Source of the DNA: Candidatus Parcubacteria bacterium
GTDB taxonomy: Bacteria; Patescibacteriota; Minisyncoccia; Phycocordibacterales; UBA918
Length of the DNA stretch: 64,000 bases
Assembly: GCA_021731405.1 (NCBI GenBank)
Contig: JAKFXN010000003.1
Location: 44,676 to 108,675, forward strand
Direction of reading: 5' to 3'
Under the pieces are notes generated by a model, which ran no database searches, had not been told where the DNA came from, and saw nothing but the letters and a program-made list of their open reading frames with translations. Both the position numbers and the translations under genes were made by a program. This document shows positions 20,381-29,736 of the stretch, piece by piece (the stretch's first letter is position 1; every line of letters begins with the position of its first letter).

Positions 20381-20466
20381 AAAGCGCATGGACAAAGTCC
20401 GTGCGCTTTTTAATTTGCTTGCATAAACCAAAAAAGCCCGTGAACGCCAGTTCACGGGCTTTTGCT
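20381..20466 (+). terminator. tandem terminators after GC-rich ORF
   Basis: gcgcatggac-aaa-gtccgtgcgcttttt and agcccgtgaac-gcca-gttcacgggcttttg. Confidence 0.75.
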
Positions 20467-20710
20467 TATCAAAGTACTATTTTAAGCCTTCTTTTAACTT
20501 CTTGTTTGAACTTGCAAAAGTTTTCGACTCTGGTACTATTGCCGAACCGCACACAGATTATGTCTGTGCGTGGAGCGAACATAGTATTGCTCTTTCACAC
20601 GTTTCGAGTGTTCATTCTCAGCGCGATTGTTCTCGCCGCTTAGAATGTACGCTCGGACATAGCTTTTTAGTAGCTGTGTGCGGATTATTAAAATAGTATC
20701 TTTCATTAAT

Positions 20711-21904
20711 ATGGCAGAAACATTTGATCGTTCAAAGCCGCACATTAACGTAGGAACCATTGGTCACGTTGACCATGGTAAGACCACGCTTACAGCTGCG
20801 ATTCTTACAGTACTTAACCAAAGAGGTGGTGGTTATAGTGCTACAACAAAGGGCGTTGACGAAATCGACAAGGCCCCAGAAGAAAAAGCACGAGGTATTA
20901 CTATTTCTCTCTCACACTCTGAGTACGAAACTCCAACTCGACACTACGCACACATCGATGCGCCAGGTCACGCGGACTACATTAAGAACATGATTACTGG
21001 TGCTGCACAGATGGACGGTGCTGTACTCGTGGTTGCTGCTACAGACGGTGCGATGCCACAAACACGTGAGCACGTTCTTCTTGCTAAGCAAGTTGGTGTA
21101 CCTAACATCATTGTTTTCCTTAACAAGTGCGACATGGTCGACGATGAGGAAATGATTATGCTCGTGGAAGAGGAACTTCGAGAACTTCTTACTAAGAACG
21201 GCTTTGACGGTGCTAACGCTCCAGTCATCAAGGGTTCTGGTCTACAAGCGCTTGAAAATCCAACTTCAGAATGGGGAGACAAGATTATTGAGCTTGCAAA
21301 CGCAATGGACTCATACTTCCCAACACCAGTTCGAGATCTCGACAAGCCTTTCCTTATGCCAATTGAAGACATTTTCTCAATTGAAGGACGCGGTACTGTA
21401 GTTACAGGTCGTGTAGAACGAGGTGCTGTTAAGGTTGGAGAAGATGTTGAAATCGTTGGTATCAAGGATACTGCGGTGACTACTGTTACAGGAGTTGAAA
21501 TGTTCAACAAGCAACTCGACCGAGCACAAGCTGGAGACAACGCCGGTATTCTACTGCGAGGTACTAAGAAGGAAGACGTACACCGAGGACAGGTTCTTGC
21601 TAAGAAGGGTTCAGTAACTCCACACACAGAATTTGAAGCTGAAGTATACGTACTTTCAAAAGATGAAGGAGGTCGTCACACACCATTCTTCTCTGGTTAC
21701 AAGCCACAGTTCTATATTCGAACAACTGACGTTACCGGAGACGTAACACTCTCTGAAGGAGTTGAAATGATTATGCCAGGTGATACAGCAACCTTTAAGG
21801 TAAAGCTTGTAGCTCCAGTTGCACTTGAAGATCAACAAAACTTTGCGATTCGCGAAGGAGGTAAGACAGTTGGTGCGGGTGTTGTAACAAAGATTGTTGC
21901 CTAA
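20711..21904 (+). CDS. tuf: elongation factor Tu
   Basis: [27 protein letters not shown]; ORF track start 20678 is upstream of the conserved N-terminus. Confidence 0.95.
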   Translation: MAETFDRSKPHINVGTIGHVDHGKTTLTAAILTVLNQRGGGYSATTKGVDEIDKAPEEKARGITISLSHSEYETPTRHYAHIDAPGHADYIKNMITGAAQMDGAVLVVAATDGAMPQTREHVLLAKQVGVPNIIVFLNKCDMVDDEEMIMLVEEELRELLTKNGFDGANAPVIKGSGLQALENPTSEWGDKIIELANAMDSYFPTPVRDLDKPFLMPIEDIFSIEGRGTVVTGRVERGAVKVGEDVEIVGIKDTAVTTVTGVEMFNKQLDRAQAGDNAGILLRGTKKEDVHRGQVLAKKGSVTPHTEFEAEVYVLSKDEGGRHTPFFSGYKPQFYIRTTDVTGDVTLSEGVEMIMPGDTATFKVKLVAPVALEDQQNFAIREGGKTVGAGVVTKIVA

Positions 21905-21934
21905 CCTTATTCACCTCACGGTAACTTACACACT

Positions 21935-22312
21935 ATGGCCACAGATACTACAAAAAAAGAGACCAAAGCCAAAGAAGCAAAAGCTCCAAAGGCTGCTTCA
22001 GGCGAAATTAATAAACTTCGTATTCGCGTCCGTGCTTACGAGCACAAGATTCTTGATGCGAGTATCAAGCAAATTATTGACACTGCACTTCGCTTTGACG
22101 CGAAGGTAGTTGGTCCGATCCCACTTCCGACTGAAATCAAAAAGTATACAGTCAATCGTTCGACGTTCGTTTATAAAGATGCGCGAGAACAATTCGAGAT
22201 GCGAATGCATAAGCGAGTAGTTGATATTCTTAACCCAGGACCAAAGGTAGTAGAGGCTCTAACGAACCTCTCGCTCCCGTCTGGAGTAAATATTGATGTA
22301 AAGATGATGTAG
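21935..22312 (+). CDS. rpsJ: 30S ribosomal protein S10 with ~23-aa Lys-rich N-terminal extension
   Basis: KLRIRVRAYEHKILD...GPIPLPT...VNRSTFVYKDAREQFEMRMHKR. Confidence 0.9.
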   Translation: MATDTTKKETKAKEAKAPKAASGEINKLRIRVRAYEHKILDASIKQIIDTALRFDAKVVGPIPLPTEIKKYTVNRSTFVYKDAREQFEMRMHKRVVDILNPGPKVVEALTNLSLPSGVNIDVKMM

Positions 22313-22326
22313 TATCATCCGCCATT

Positions 22327-22364
22327 AAAACAAAAACCCACTCATTTGAGTGGGTTTTTGTTTT
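22327..22364. terminator. bidirectional terminator after rpsJ
   Basis: aaaacaaaaacccactca-tttg-agtgggtttttgtttt perfect mirror hairpin. Confidence 0.85.
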
Positions 22365-22752
22365 AACCAGGAGAACGTCGCCTATTTTTTGCGATAAACT
22401 CGTATATTTTCTCGCCTAAAATGTTTATTCCGGGCAGGTAGAGAAGTAGTGCAAACGGGGCAGTAAGTGGTAGCTTTAATCCAATTTTTCTGACTGCCTT
22501 AAAACCCCTATAAACAGTACCGTTTCTATCAATAAGATGAATTTCAGAAAGCAGGGAGTTTAGGTTTGAGATTTCTGCTGGGATTTGAGAAAGGGATTTT
22601 TCGTCGTAAACGTTAACTGTTTTAATAACCCCAAACCAGTCTAGTGAAACAATAATATTTCTAGCTCGACCACAGGAGAGACATAGTCCATCATAAAGTA
22701 CGTATGAGTAGGGCATCAACCTCATCATAGCTCTCAAGTACACTGTAGGCAA
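22363..22752 (-). CDS. DCC1-like thiol-disulfide oxidoreductase (DUF393) family protein
   Basis: YVLYDGLCLSCGR = VLFDGxCxLC signature of DUF393/DCC. Confidence 0.65.
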   Translation of the reverse strand: MPTVYLRAMMRLMPYSYVLYDGLCLSCGRARNIIVSLDWFGVIKTVNVYDEKSLSQIPAEISNLNSLLSEIHLIDRNGTVYRGFKAVRKIGLKLPLTAPFALLLYLPGINILGEKIYEFIAKNRRRSPG

Positions 22753-22761
22753 TTCATAAAA

Positions 22762-23571
22762 TTGAGTATTTCTGTCCTGTACAATATACGTACTATGAGC
22801 GATGAGTCGATTGTCACCCCAACAAAAAAATCAAAATTTCTGAAACTGGCACTGCTTGTCATCAGTTTGTTCTGGGTGATTGTTATAGTAGCGTTCCTTT
22901 TTCCTCAGACTCAATATCGAGCCGGAAACATTTTTTTTGGAGAAGTGCCAGCTCTCTATAATCTGACAATCGCTCAGGTACTTTTTACCCATGCTTCTTA
23001 TCCAATTATAGGGGCAGCGCCACAGTTTGCCCACTATCAATTATCTCGTACCTACTTTATTAAAGGAGAATTGTACACTTCATTATTTGAGGCAAAAAAA
23101 GAATTAGAGCTGTACCCGCAAAATAAAAGGACCTATTACATTTTAGGTTTAACGTACGGGTACCTCGGTCAGGAAGAAGAAGCAATTGAGGCTTTTTCAA
23201 GTTTTATCGAGGCTTATCCAGAATCATGGGCGGCTCGCAACGACAAGGCTTGGTTACAGTTTAGGATTGGTGATATAGAAGGGGCGCTTCTGACCATGGC
23301 ACCGGTGACACACCTAGAAAATCCCTGGGTATTAAATACCTACGGAACGCTCCTTCTTAATTCAGATAGGTTACTTGAGGCGAAAGAGGTTTTTTTACAT
23401 GCTGAAGCCGTTGTCCAAAAAATTACCGCTGATGACTGGGGGAGCGCCTATCCTGGTAACGATCCACGGATCTATGAAACAGGTTTAACGGGAATGCGGA
23501 CTTCAATTGAAGAAAATCTACAGATTGTTGAAGACCGCTTATTATCCCCAAACAAGGAGAGCTCAGAGTAG
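22762..23571 (+). CDS. membrane-anchored TPR-repeat protein
   Basis: N-terminal TM helix, TPR-like LGLTYGYLGQEEEAIEAF repeats. Confidence 0.45.
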   Translation: MSISVLYNIRTMSDESIVTPTKKSKFLKLALLVISLFWVIVIVAFLFPQTQYRAGNIFFGEVPALYNLTIAQVLFTHASYPIIGAAPQFAHYQLSRTYFIKGELYTSLFEAKKELELYPQNKRTYYILGLTYGYLGQEEEAIEAFSSFIEAYPESWAARNDKAWLQFRIGDIEGALLTMAPVTHLENPWVLNTYGTLLLNSDRLLEAKEVFLHAEAVVQKITADDWGSAYPGNDPRIYETGLTGMRTSIEENLQIVEDRLLSPNKESSE

Positions 23572-23633
23572 GCCTCTGCTGACGCGTGGTATTATTGAGT
23601 TAGATTATTTTAATTCTTTTTATCATTTTATCT

Positions 23634-24971
23634 ATGAATAACTCATTTTTCCTACAAAAAGTACTTGAGTCATCTCTCCCTCGGCTACTTCTGGCCCTAT
23701 TTCTTCTCCCTGTCGTCCTGATAGCTTTATTTTTTGTTACCGCTGAACAAAATCCACATGCAGCAGAGCTTGCTTTTGCTGAACGCTCGATTGATAAAGA
23801 CATTATCGGCTCTGTGGTCCCGGCCAGCTGTGAAAGTGCTCCGCCGACTAACCATTTTGCAGGAGATTGTGCTGTTCCGCCCACTCCCTCTACGATTACT
23901 GTAGCTTGTGGGGTCCCGGTTAGTCCAGCTGGTCCAAAGACAATTAGTTGGCCAGCTTCAGCACGTGCATCATACTATATGGTTCGTCTTGATTATGTTG
24001 GCGACCCAGCTCCGTACCTAGTACAAAATGATAATTATGGAGCTACTTCATTTACCTTTACCCCTACTCTTGATACCAACTACACAACGTGGGTGCATGC
24101 TTGTAACGTCAGTGGATGTTCAGCTCACCAAGCGGTTAATTTTAATTGCCCATCTCCAGTTGTGGTAGGCATAAGTGCCTCACCATCTCAAGTTGATGCT
24201 GGAAATTCAACTACTATCAACTGGAACGTTACTGGCGCAACGAGCTGCACGGCTTCTGGTGGATGGTTGGGCGCGAAGACGGCTGGATCTGATTCAGAAA
24301 ACTTTAATCCAACCGCTAATACTACCTACACTCTGACCTGTACTGGCCCTGGAGGGACAGTCTCAAATTCCGCTACAGTCCTTGTTCCTTCTGGATATAT
24401 AACTGGCACAAATTGTACGATTCCAACCGGAGCATCTAGTTGTGATGTAAATATTATTTGGCAGTCATACAACTTCTTTTCTACGAGCGAAGTTTTGCAA
24501 GGCGATATCCAGTTTAGCTCCGACACTGTAAATGCTGGAACAGTACGCTCAATTAACCCAAATGACGCAGTCTTCACACTACGGGATAGTGGTGGGTCTT
24601 TTGTCACTACCTACAGCGCCTCGGTAAGTTGTGCTGCTAACAGTGTCTGGACCGGAGTGGGAGGTAGTTGCGTGCCATTACCTGAAATCGATATCACTGC
24701 TGATCCAAACGTGATTCGCAGTGGTGCAACTGCTCCGCTTGAGATTGAGATTGACGCTGGTTATGAGCTTACTTGTACTCTAAACGACGGTGGTGCTTCA
24801 CAAGTGTTTACTCACGATGGTACCCCTTCATCACAGACTTACAGCCGAACAACTCGTCCGCTCAACTCAGCCCAGGTAGTAAGTGTCAGCTGTGTTTCGC
24901 CAACGTATCCAGCAGTTAACGGCGACGCTGATGTACGGGTAAACGTCGTACCAACCATCCAAGAGATCTAA
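23634..24971 (+). CDS. secreted Cys-rich protein with tandem Ig-like beta-sandwich repeats
   Basis: Signal/TM anchor; repeated pattern W..C..SGGW.G......TTYTLTC.GPGG typical of extracellular Ig-like/PKD-like modules. Confidence 0.5.
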   Translation: MNNSFFLQKVLESSLPRLLLALFLLPVVLIALFFVTAEQNPHAAELAFAERSIDKDIIGSVVPASCESAPPTNHFAGDCAVPPTPSTITVACGVPVSPAGPKTISWPASARASYYMVRLDYVGDPAPYLVQNDNYGATSFTFTPTLDTNYTTWVHACNVSGCSAHQAVNFNCPSPVVVGISASPSQVDAGNSTTINWNVTGATSCTASGGWLGAKTAGSDSENFNPTANTTYTLTCTGPGGTVSNSATVLVPSGYITGTNCTIPTGASSCDVNIIWQSYNFFSTSEVLQGDIQFSSDTVNAGTVRSINPNDAVFTLRDSGGSFVTTYSASVSCAANSVWTGVGGSCVPLPEIDITADPNVIRSGATAPLEIEIDAGYELTCTLNDGGASQVFTHDGTPSSQTYSRTTRPLNSAQVVSVSCVSPTYPAVNGDADVRVNVVPTIQEI

Positions 24972-24985
24972 TTCTCATTGAGAAC

Positions 24986-25020
24986 CAAGCAAAAAGCCGC
25001 CTAAAGCGGCTTTTTGCTTG
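24986..25020 (+). terminator. terminator
   Basis: aaaaagccgc-ctaa-agcggcttttt. Confidence 0.8.
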
Positions 25021-25030
25021 GTTTAAATAC

Positions 25031-25058
25031 TTGCCAAACCCTGAAAAATCAGTATACT
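25031..25058 (+). promoter_or_regulatory. sigma70-like promoter for rplC operon
   Basis: TTGCCA-16nt-TATACT; followed by ~280-nt structured leader. Confidence 0.55.
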
Positions 25059-25341
25059 AACCCCAGTTTCTAAAGACCTACGTACAGCTGGTGTAAGCCA
25101 GCTAGACCAATGGGCACAAACCGCGCATCTATGCTTGGACCTTGTGTTCGCGTATATATGCGCGGTTTGTTGTATCGGTCCTCTTAGAACAAGGCTAAAT
25201 TTTGCAGCTGGCAAATTCCTTTGTCAAAACAGCAGATTTTTCCTCACTGTACTCTTGTACAGCTCAGTCAAAATCTTTGTTTTTCCTCGGACTTTTCTCA
25301 GCTTCAGTATTTAGCTAAATTATAAGTATAGTTCACACGTA

Positions 25342-25962
25342 ATGAAATTCATTATTGGAACCAAAGCTGGAATGACACAAGTTTTCGATGAAAACGGTGT
25401 CTGTACAGCAGCCACCATTCTCAAGGTGTCTACAGCCAAAGTTTCACAAGTAAAAAACGTTGAAACTGATGGATATGTTGCGGTACAAATCGCTACCGGT
25501 GAACAAAAAGAGCACCGAGTGGCAAAAGCTCAAAAAGGACATTTCGGCACAGGCGTACGCTTTGTGAAGGAGTTCCGTCCGAAGGTGGGAGATGAAGCAA
25601 CTCTAGATAGTATGGTAAAAGATACTACTTTTGACGCTTCAGTCTTTACTCCAGGAGATTTGATTGCTGTCTCAGCAATCTCAAAAGGTAAGGGCTTCCA
25701 AGGTGTAGTTAAGCGTCACGGCTTTGCTGGAGGACGTCGTACTCACGGACAGAAGCACTCTGAACGAGAACCAGGATCTATTGGAGCAACTGGTCTCAAT
25801 CGAGTTATGAAGGGTCAGCGTATGGCTGGTCGAATGGGATCTGATGCGATTACTATTAAGAACCTCCGTGTTCTTCAGGTAAATCCAACAGAGAACGTTC
25901 TTCTTGTTTCAGGCGCAATTCCAGGTCGGAAAGGAACATTAGTAGAGGTACGTGGTACCTAA
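25342..25962 (+). CDS. rplC: 50S ribosomal protein L3
   Basis: MKFIIGTKAGMTQVF..., 206 aa. Confidence 0.95.
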   Translation: MKFIIGTKAGMTQVFDENGVCTAATILKVSTAKVSQVKNVETDGYVAVQIATGEQKEHRVAKAQKGHFGTGVRFVKEFRPKVGDEATLDSMVKDTTFDASVFTPGDLIAVSAISKGKGFQGVVKRHGFAGGRRTHGQKHSEREPGSIGATGLNRVMKGQRMAGRMGSDAITIKNLRVLQVNPTENVLLVSGAIPGRKGTLVEVRGT

Positions 25963-25976
25963 GTTAGCATACATAT

Positions 25977-26660
25977 ATGGACTCAAAAATATATTCTCAT
26001 GAAGGGAATGAAGTCGGAAAGATCTCTCTTCCAGACGCTGTGTTCGGTCTCCCATGGAACGCTGACTTAGTGCACGAAGTGGTGATTGGTATGCAAGCAA
26101 ACGCTCGCGAATCATCAGCTCATACTAAGGGACGCGGTGATGTACGGGGAGGAGGAAAGAAGCCATGGAAGCAGAAGGGAACAGGACGAGCTCGTCACGG
26201 TTCAAGTCGTTCACCGATTTGGGTTGGTGGTGGAGTATCTCATGGACCAACGAGTGAAAAGAATTACTCTGTAAAGATAAACAAGAAAGTGCGCGCTAAG
26301 GCTTTGGCCGTAGTGCTCTCAAAGAAGTTTGTTGACGCAGAAATCATTTTTGTTGATTCACTCGCGCTTACAGAACCAAAGGCTGCTATGGGGAAGACTA
26401 TCCTTACAGCAATTGCAAAGGGGTCAGGTCAGACTCAGCTCGCTACCAAGCGAAAAAATGCTGCTGTCTTGGTACTTCCAAGTCGAAATGAAGCAATTGA
26501 AAAAAGTTTCCGTAATTTTGGAAATATTGAAGTAATGCAAGCAAAGGACATCAACCCAGTTGATCTTCTTACTTACAAGTATGTAGTGATGACTGAGCCA
26601 CAAAGTACGCTCGAAGTAATCGGAAAGCGTGTTACTGGAACAGTTGCTGCTGCTAAATAA
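25977..26660 (+). CDS. rplD: 50S ribosomal protein L4
   Basis: position after rplC, 227 aa, L4 fold motifs (KPWKQKGTGRARHGS). Confidence 0.95.
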   Translation: MDSKIYSHEGNEVGKISLPDAVFGLPWNADLVHEVVIGMQANARESSAHTKGRGDVRGGGKKPWKQKGTGRARHGSSRSPIWVGGGVSHGPTSEKNYSVKINKKVRAKALAVVLSKKFVDAEIIFVDSLALTEPKAAMGKTILTAIAKGSGQTQLATKRKNAAVLVLPSRNEAIEKSFRNFGNIEVMQAKDINPVDLLTYKYVVMTEPQSTLEVIGKRVTGTVAAAK

Positions 26661-26670
26661 TAATTAACGT

Positions 26671-27042
26671 ATGGCTCTCTTTAGTCGCAAGAAAAAAGCT
26701 GACGCTGAGCAAATTGCTCCAGCTGTTGGCAAAGTTGCCCCAAAGGCACTTTCCACCGACCGAGACCTGACCAGTGTAATCACTGGTCCACGTATCACTG
26801 AGAAGGCAGTAAGTTTAGGCGACAAGAATGTATACACATTCACTGTTCGTGCTAACGCTACAAAGTTCCTCATTGCTGATGCAGTAAAGGCTCTCTACGG
26901 TGTGACGCCGGTGAAAATAAACATCGTGAACAAAAAACCTGCTACTCGTCTTTCTGGATCACGCAACCGTATGGTGAAAGTGTCTGGTCAAAAAAAGGCG
27001 TATGTATATCTTAAAAAAGGTGACACAATTAATCTCGTCTAG
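26671..27042 (+). CDS. rplW: 50S ribosomal protein L23
   Basis: ITGPRITEKA...YTFTVRANATKFLIADAVKALYGVTPVKINIVN. Confidence 0.9.
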   Translation: MALFSRKKKADAEQIAPAVGKVAPKALSTDRDLTSVITGPRITEKAVSLGDKNVYTFTVRANATKFLIADAVKALYGVTPVKINIVNKKPATRLSGSRNRMVKVSGQKKAYVYLKKGDTINLV

Positions 27043-27045
27043 CCT

Positions 27046-27906
27046 ATGAAAAAGTATAAACCTACTTCTGCTGGCCGACGTGATGGATCGGTCATTGAGT
27101 ACAAGAAAAAACTAACATCAACAGCAAGTAAGCCACTTAAGTCTCTGACAGTTGGCAAGCGAAGTACTGGAGGACGAAACAGTTTTGGGCGTACAACTAA
27201 CCTCTACCGAGGTGGTGGTAACAAACAAACGTACCGTCTTGTGGACTTCAAATACGATAAGAAAAATATCCCAGCCCGAGTAGAAACAATTGAATACGAT
27301 CCAAATCGAACTGGATTTATTGCATTGCTTCTCTTTGCTGACGGAGAACGACGATACATTCTTGCTCCACAGACTCTCGCACAACATGACGAAGTGCTGG
27401 TATCTGAGACAGCTAAGATTAAACCAGGAAATCGTCTACCACTCAGCGCAATTCCAATTGGTACCTTTGTGTACAACATTGAAATCAAGCCAGGAGCAGG
27501 AGCAAAAATCGCTCGTTCTGCTGGTAACTACGCTGAAGTAGTGGCGCATGACAACGGATACACCCTTATCAAGATGCCTTCATCTGAAATTCGAAAAGTG
27601 ATTTCAACTAGTTGGGCATCAGTTGGAGCTGTATCAAACGAAGAAAATCGATTGGTTGACCTAGGTAAAGCTGGTCGAGCACGCCATCGAGGTCTTCGTC
27701 CAAAGAACCGTGGTTCTGCTCGAAACGCAGTAGACCACCCGCACGGAGGAGGAGAGGGTCGTTCACCACGTGGACACCGTCGCGCTCGTACCAAGCAAGG
27801 TCGTCCTACTGGAAAGGGGCAAAAGACTCGTTCACCAAAGAAGTACTCAAATGTCTTCATTGTAGAGCGACGAAAACCAGGCCGGTTGATGGGCGGTAAA
27901 AGGTAA
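27046..27906 (+). CDS. rplB: 50S ribosomal protein L2
   Basis: 286 aa, GRNSFGRTTNLYRGGG, HPHGGGEGR motifs. Confidence 0.95.
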   Translation: MKKYKPTSAGRRDGSVIEYKKKLTSTASKPLKSLTVGKRSTGGRNSFGRTTNLYRGGGNKQTYRLVDFKYDKKNIPARVETIEYDPNRTGFIALLLFADGERRYILAPQTLAQHDEVLVSETAKIKPGNRLPLSAIPIGTFVYNIEIKPGAGAKIARSAGNYAEVVAHDNGYTLIKMPSSEIRKVISTSWASVGAVSNEENRLVDLGKAGRARHRGLRPKNRGSARNAVDHPHGGGEGRSPRGHRRARTKQGRPTGKGQKTRSPKKYSNVFIVERRKPGRLMGGKR

Positions 27907-27945
27907 AACAAAAGACCTACGCGTTAAGCGTAGGTCTTTTGTTTT
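27905..27945. terminator. strong terminator immediately after rplB (operon break)
   Basis: aaaacaaaagacctacgc-gttaa-gcgtaggtcttttgtttt perfect hairpin overlapping stop codon. Confidence 0.85.
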
Positions 27946-27975
27946 AGTACTGTGTCTGCGCACAGTACATACCTT

Positions 27976-28036
27976 TTACCGAGTCGCAGGCATGTTTTCT
28001 TCTCTTTCCTATTACCGAAACGCAGACATGTTTTGC
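27976..28036 (+). repeat. two ~23-nt direct repeats (20/23 identical)
   Basis: ttaccgagtcgcaggcatgtttt / ttaccgaaacgcagacatgtttt, preceded by palindrome gtactgtg-tctgcg-cacagtac. Confidence 0.6.
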
Positions 28037-28114
28037 GACCCGTAGTATACAAAACAAAATATTTGTAATACAGTACGAGTAGCTAGTTTTCCTAACCAAA
28101 TTTTGGAGGTTCCC

Positions 28115-28357
28115 ATGGTATCTGAAAAAGCAGAAATTATGGCCTTGTTGAACGACCCTAAAACAGGATTGGTTCCACAGTTAGACCAGCTGTGTGAACA
28201 AATTAAGTCCATGAGAAAGGAATTGAATTATCAGAGTGACCGAATTCAAAGACTCGCAAATAGCCACCCCGCACACCAGTATGGTCAATCTGGTTTCAGC
28301 GACATGATGCGTGCTTGGCAAAGGACTACCAGTCCATGGACTTGCCAGTCGGAATGA
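28115..28357 (+). CDS. hypothetical small protein (80 aa)
   Basis: GGAGG 5 nt upstream of ATG; own terminator 28383-28409. Confidence 0.5.
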   Translation: MVSEKAEIMALLNDPKTGLVPQLDQLCEQIKSMRKELNYQSDRIQRLANSHPAHQYGQSGFSDMMRAWQRTTSPWTCQSE

Positions 28358-28412
28358 GCGTCCTAAGTGGTAAGAGTTGCTCAAAAGCCCCCGCAACGGG
28401 GGCTTTTTCATT

Positions 28413-28967
28413 TCAACAAATATTTGGCGCAATAACTTTCTTGGCTAGTGAAATGGTAGCGAGCATGAGTATTGCTAGTCCTATATATCCAACCTCGAGT
28501 CCTTGGTAGGGCAGAAATCCAAGAATAGATGAGAATCCAACGAGTCCAAGGAGTGTACTTAAAAGTGCCGTTCCACAAGCGGCACAGCCAACACCAAGAA
28601 GGGCAAAAAATAGCCCTATTCCACTATATAAGTTGGTTTTCATAAGTACTTTTGCACGGGTTGTAAAATAGGTGTATGCAAAAGCGAGGTTTATTCCGCT
28701 TAGTACTGAACCAAGAATAACCAAAATAAGACTTCCTAGCGTGAATGAACTTCCAATGTCAAAAAGGTAACTAAAAATAAGGGTAGTTTTTTCCACCCAA
28801 GAAAAGCTCAGCTTTGAAATACTAAGCAAAGTTTCGCTTTTTTCAACTAAAAGAATAGTAAGAAGAAAAAACAGGGTAGACCCCATAAGTACCATACGAC
28901 TGTCCTTTTTCTGGGCTACTACGCGAAGGCTTTTTAAGAAGGCTTTCATGTGTGTATAGTGTACCAA
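28413..28967 (-). CDS. polytopic membrane protein with intramembrane CAAC (CxxC) motif
   Basis: 4-5 TM helices; LLGVGCAACGTALLSTL inside a hydrophobic segment. Confidence 0.45.
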   Translation of the reverse strand: MVHYTHMKAFLKSLRVVAQKKDSRMVLMGSTLFFLLTILLVEKSETLLSISKLSFSWVEKTTLIFSYLFDIGSSFTLGSLILVILGSVLSGINLAFAYTYFTTRAKVLMKTNLYSGIGLFFALLGVGCAACGTALLSTLLGLVGFSSILGFLPYQGLEVGYIGLAILMLATISLAKKVIAPNIC

Positions 28968-29059
28968 CTATAAAAATAGGTACAATCAAAAACTAGTGGT
29001 CTAGTTTACTACAAAGCTGATAAAAAATATGAATATTTGTATAATAAGACGACTTTTGT

Positions 29060-29734
29060 ATGAAGAACGTACTTGTTATCGGAGGGTCATCGGGAATTGG
29101 TTATTCCTGTGTTTCGCTTTTTCATCAGAATAAGTGGAATGTCTTTGCGACGTATTTATCGCACAGCCGAGAAGGTGACAGGAGAGCTGTTTGGCAAAAG
29201 GTAGATATAACTGATAGTACACAAACTGATGTTTATCTAAACTCCTTACCAAAGCTAGATGCTGTTATTGTCTGCGCCGCAAAAAACAAAACTACAAAAC
29301 TAGAGGGAGTCTCTGCAGAAATTGAGGCAGTATTCAATACAAATCTTATTTCCCAAATACGGTTAATGGTTCCTCTGAAAGTGAAACTTAAAAAAAATTC
29401 ATCAATCATTTTTTTTGGTTCTATTACTGGACAGATTGGATCAGAACATCGAATTGCCTACAGTAGCTCTAAAGCTGCCATAACAGGACTGGTAAAGTCT
29501 TTGTCTCGTGAGCTTGCTCCGCATACTCGTGTGAATGCAATTTCTCCTGGGTATATAAAAACAAAACAATATAGCTTGAATAGTTCGATGAGTGATTCCG
29601 AGAGAACAAAAAAAATATTACTTAAGCGACTAGGAAGACCTGAGGAGGTTGCTGAGTTAGCTCTCTTTCTTTCCTCCGATACTGGGGGTTATATAAACGG
29701 ACAGATCATAAGTATTGATGGAGGTGTCATATAA
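29060..29734 (+). CDS. short-chain dehydrogenase/reductase (SDR)
   Basis: N-terminal VIGGSSGIGYS Rossmann motif, catalytic YSSSK (YxxxK). Confidence 0.85.
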   Translation: MKNVLVIGGSSGIGYSCVSLFHQNKWNVFATYLSHSREGDRRAVWQKVDITDSTQTDVYLNSLPKLDAVIVCAAKNKTTKLEGVSAEIEAVFNTNLISQIRLMVPLKVKLKKNSSIIFFGSITGQIGSEHRIAYSSSKAAITGLVKSLSRELAPHTRVNAISPGYIKTKQYSLNSSMSDSERTKKILLKRLGRPEEVAELALFLSSDTGGYINGQIISIDGGVI

Positions 29735-29736
29735 GT

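Noticed and set aside
20977-21627. 216-aa Ser/Thr-rich ORF antisense to tuf
   Set aside because: Low-complexity antisense frame of a conserved gene
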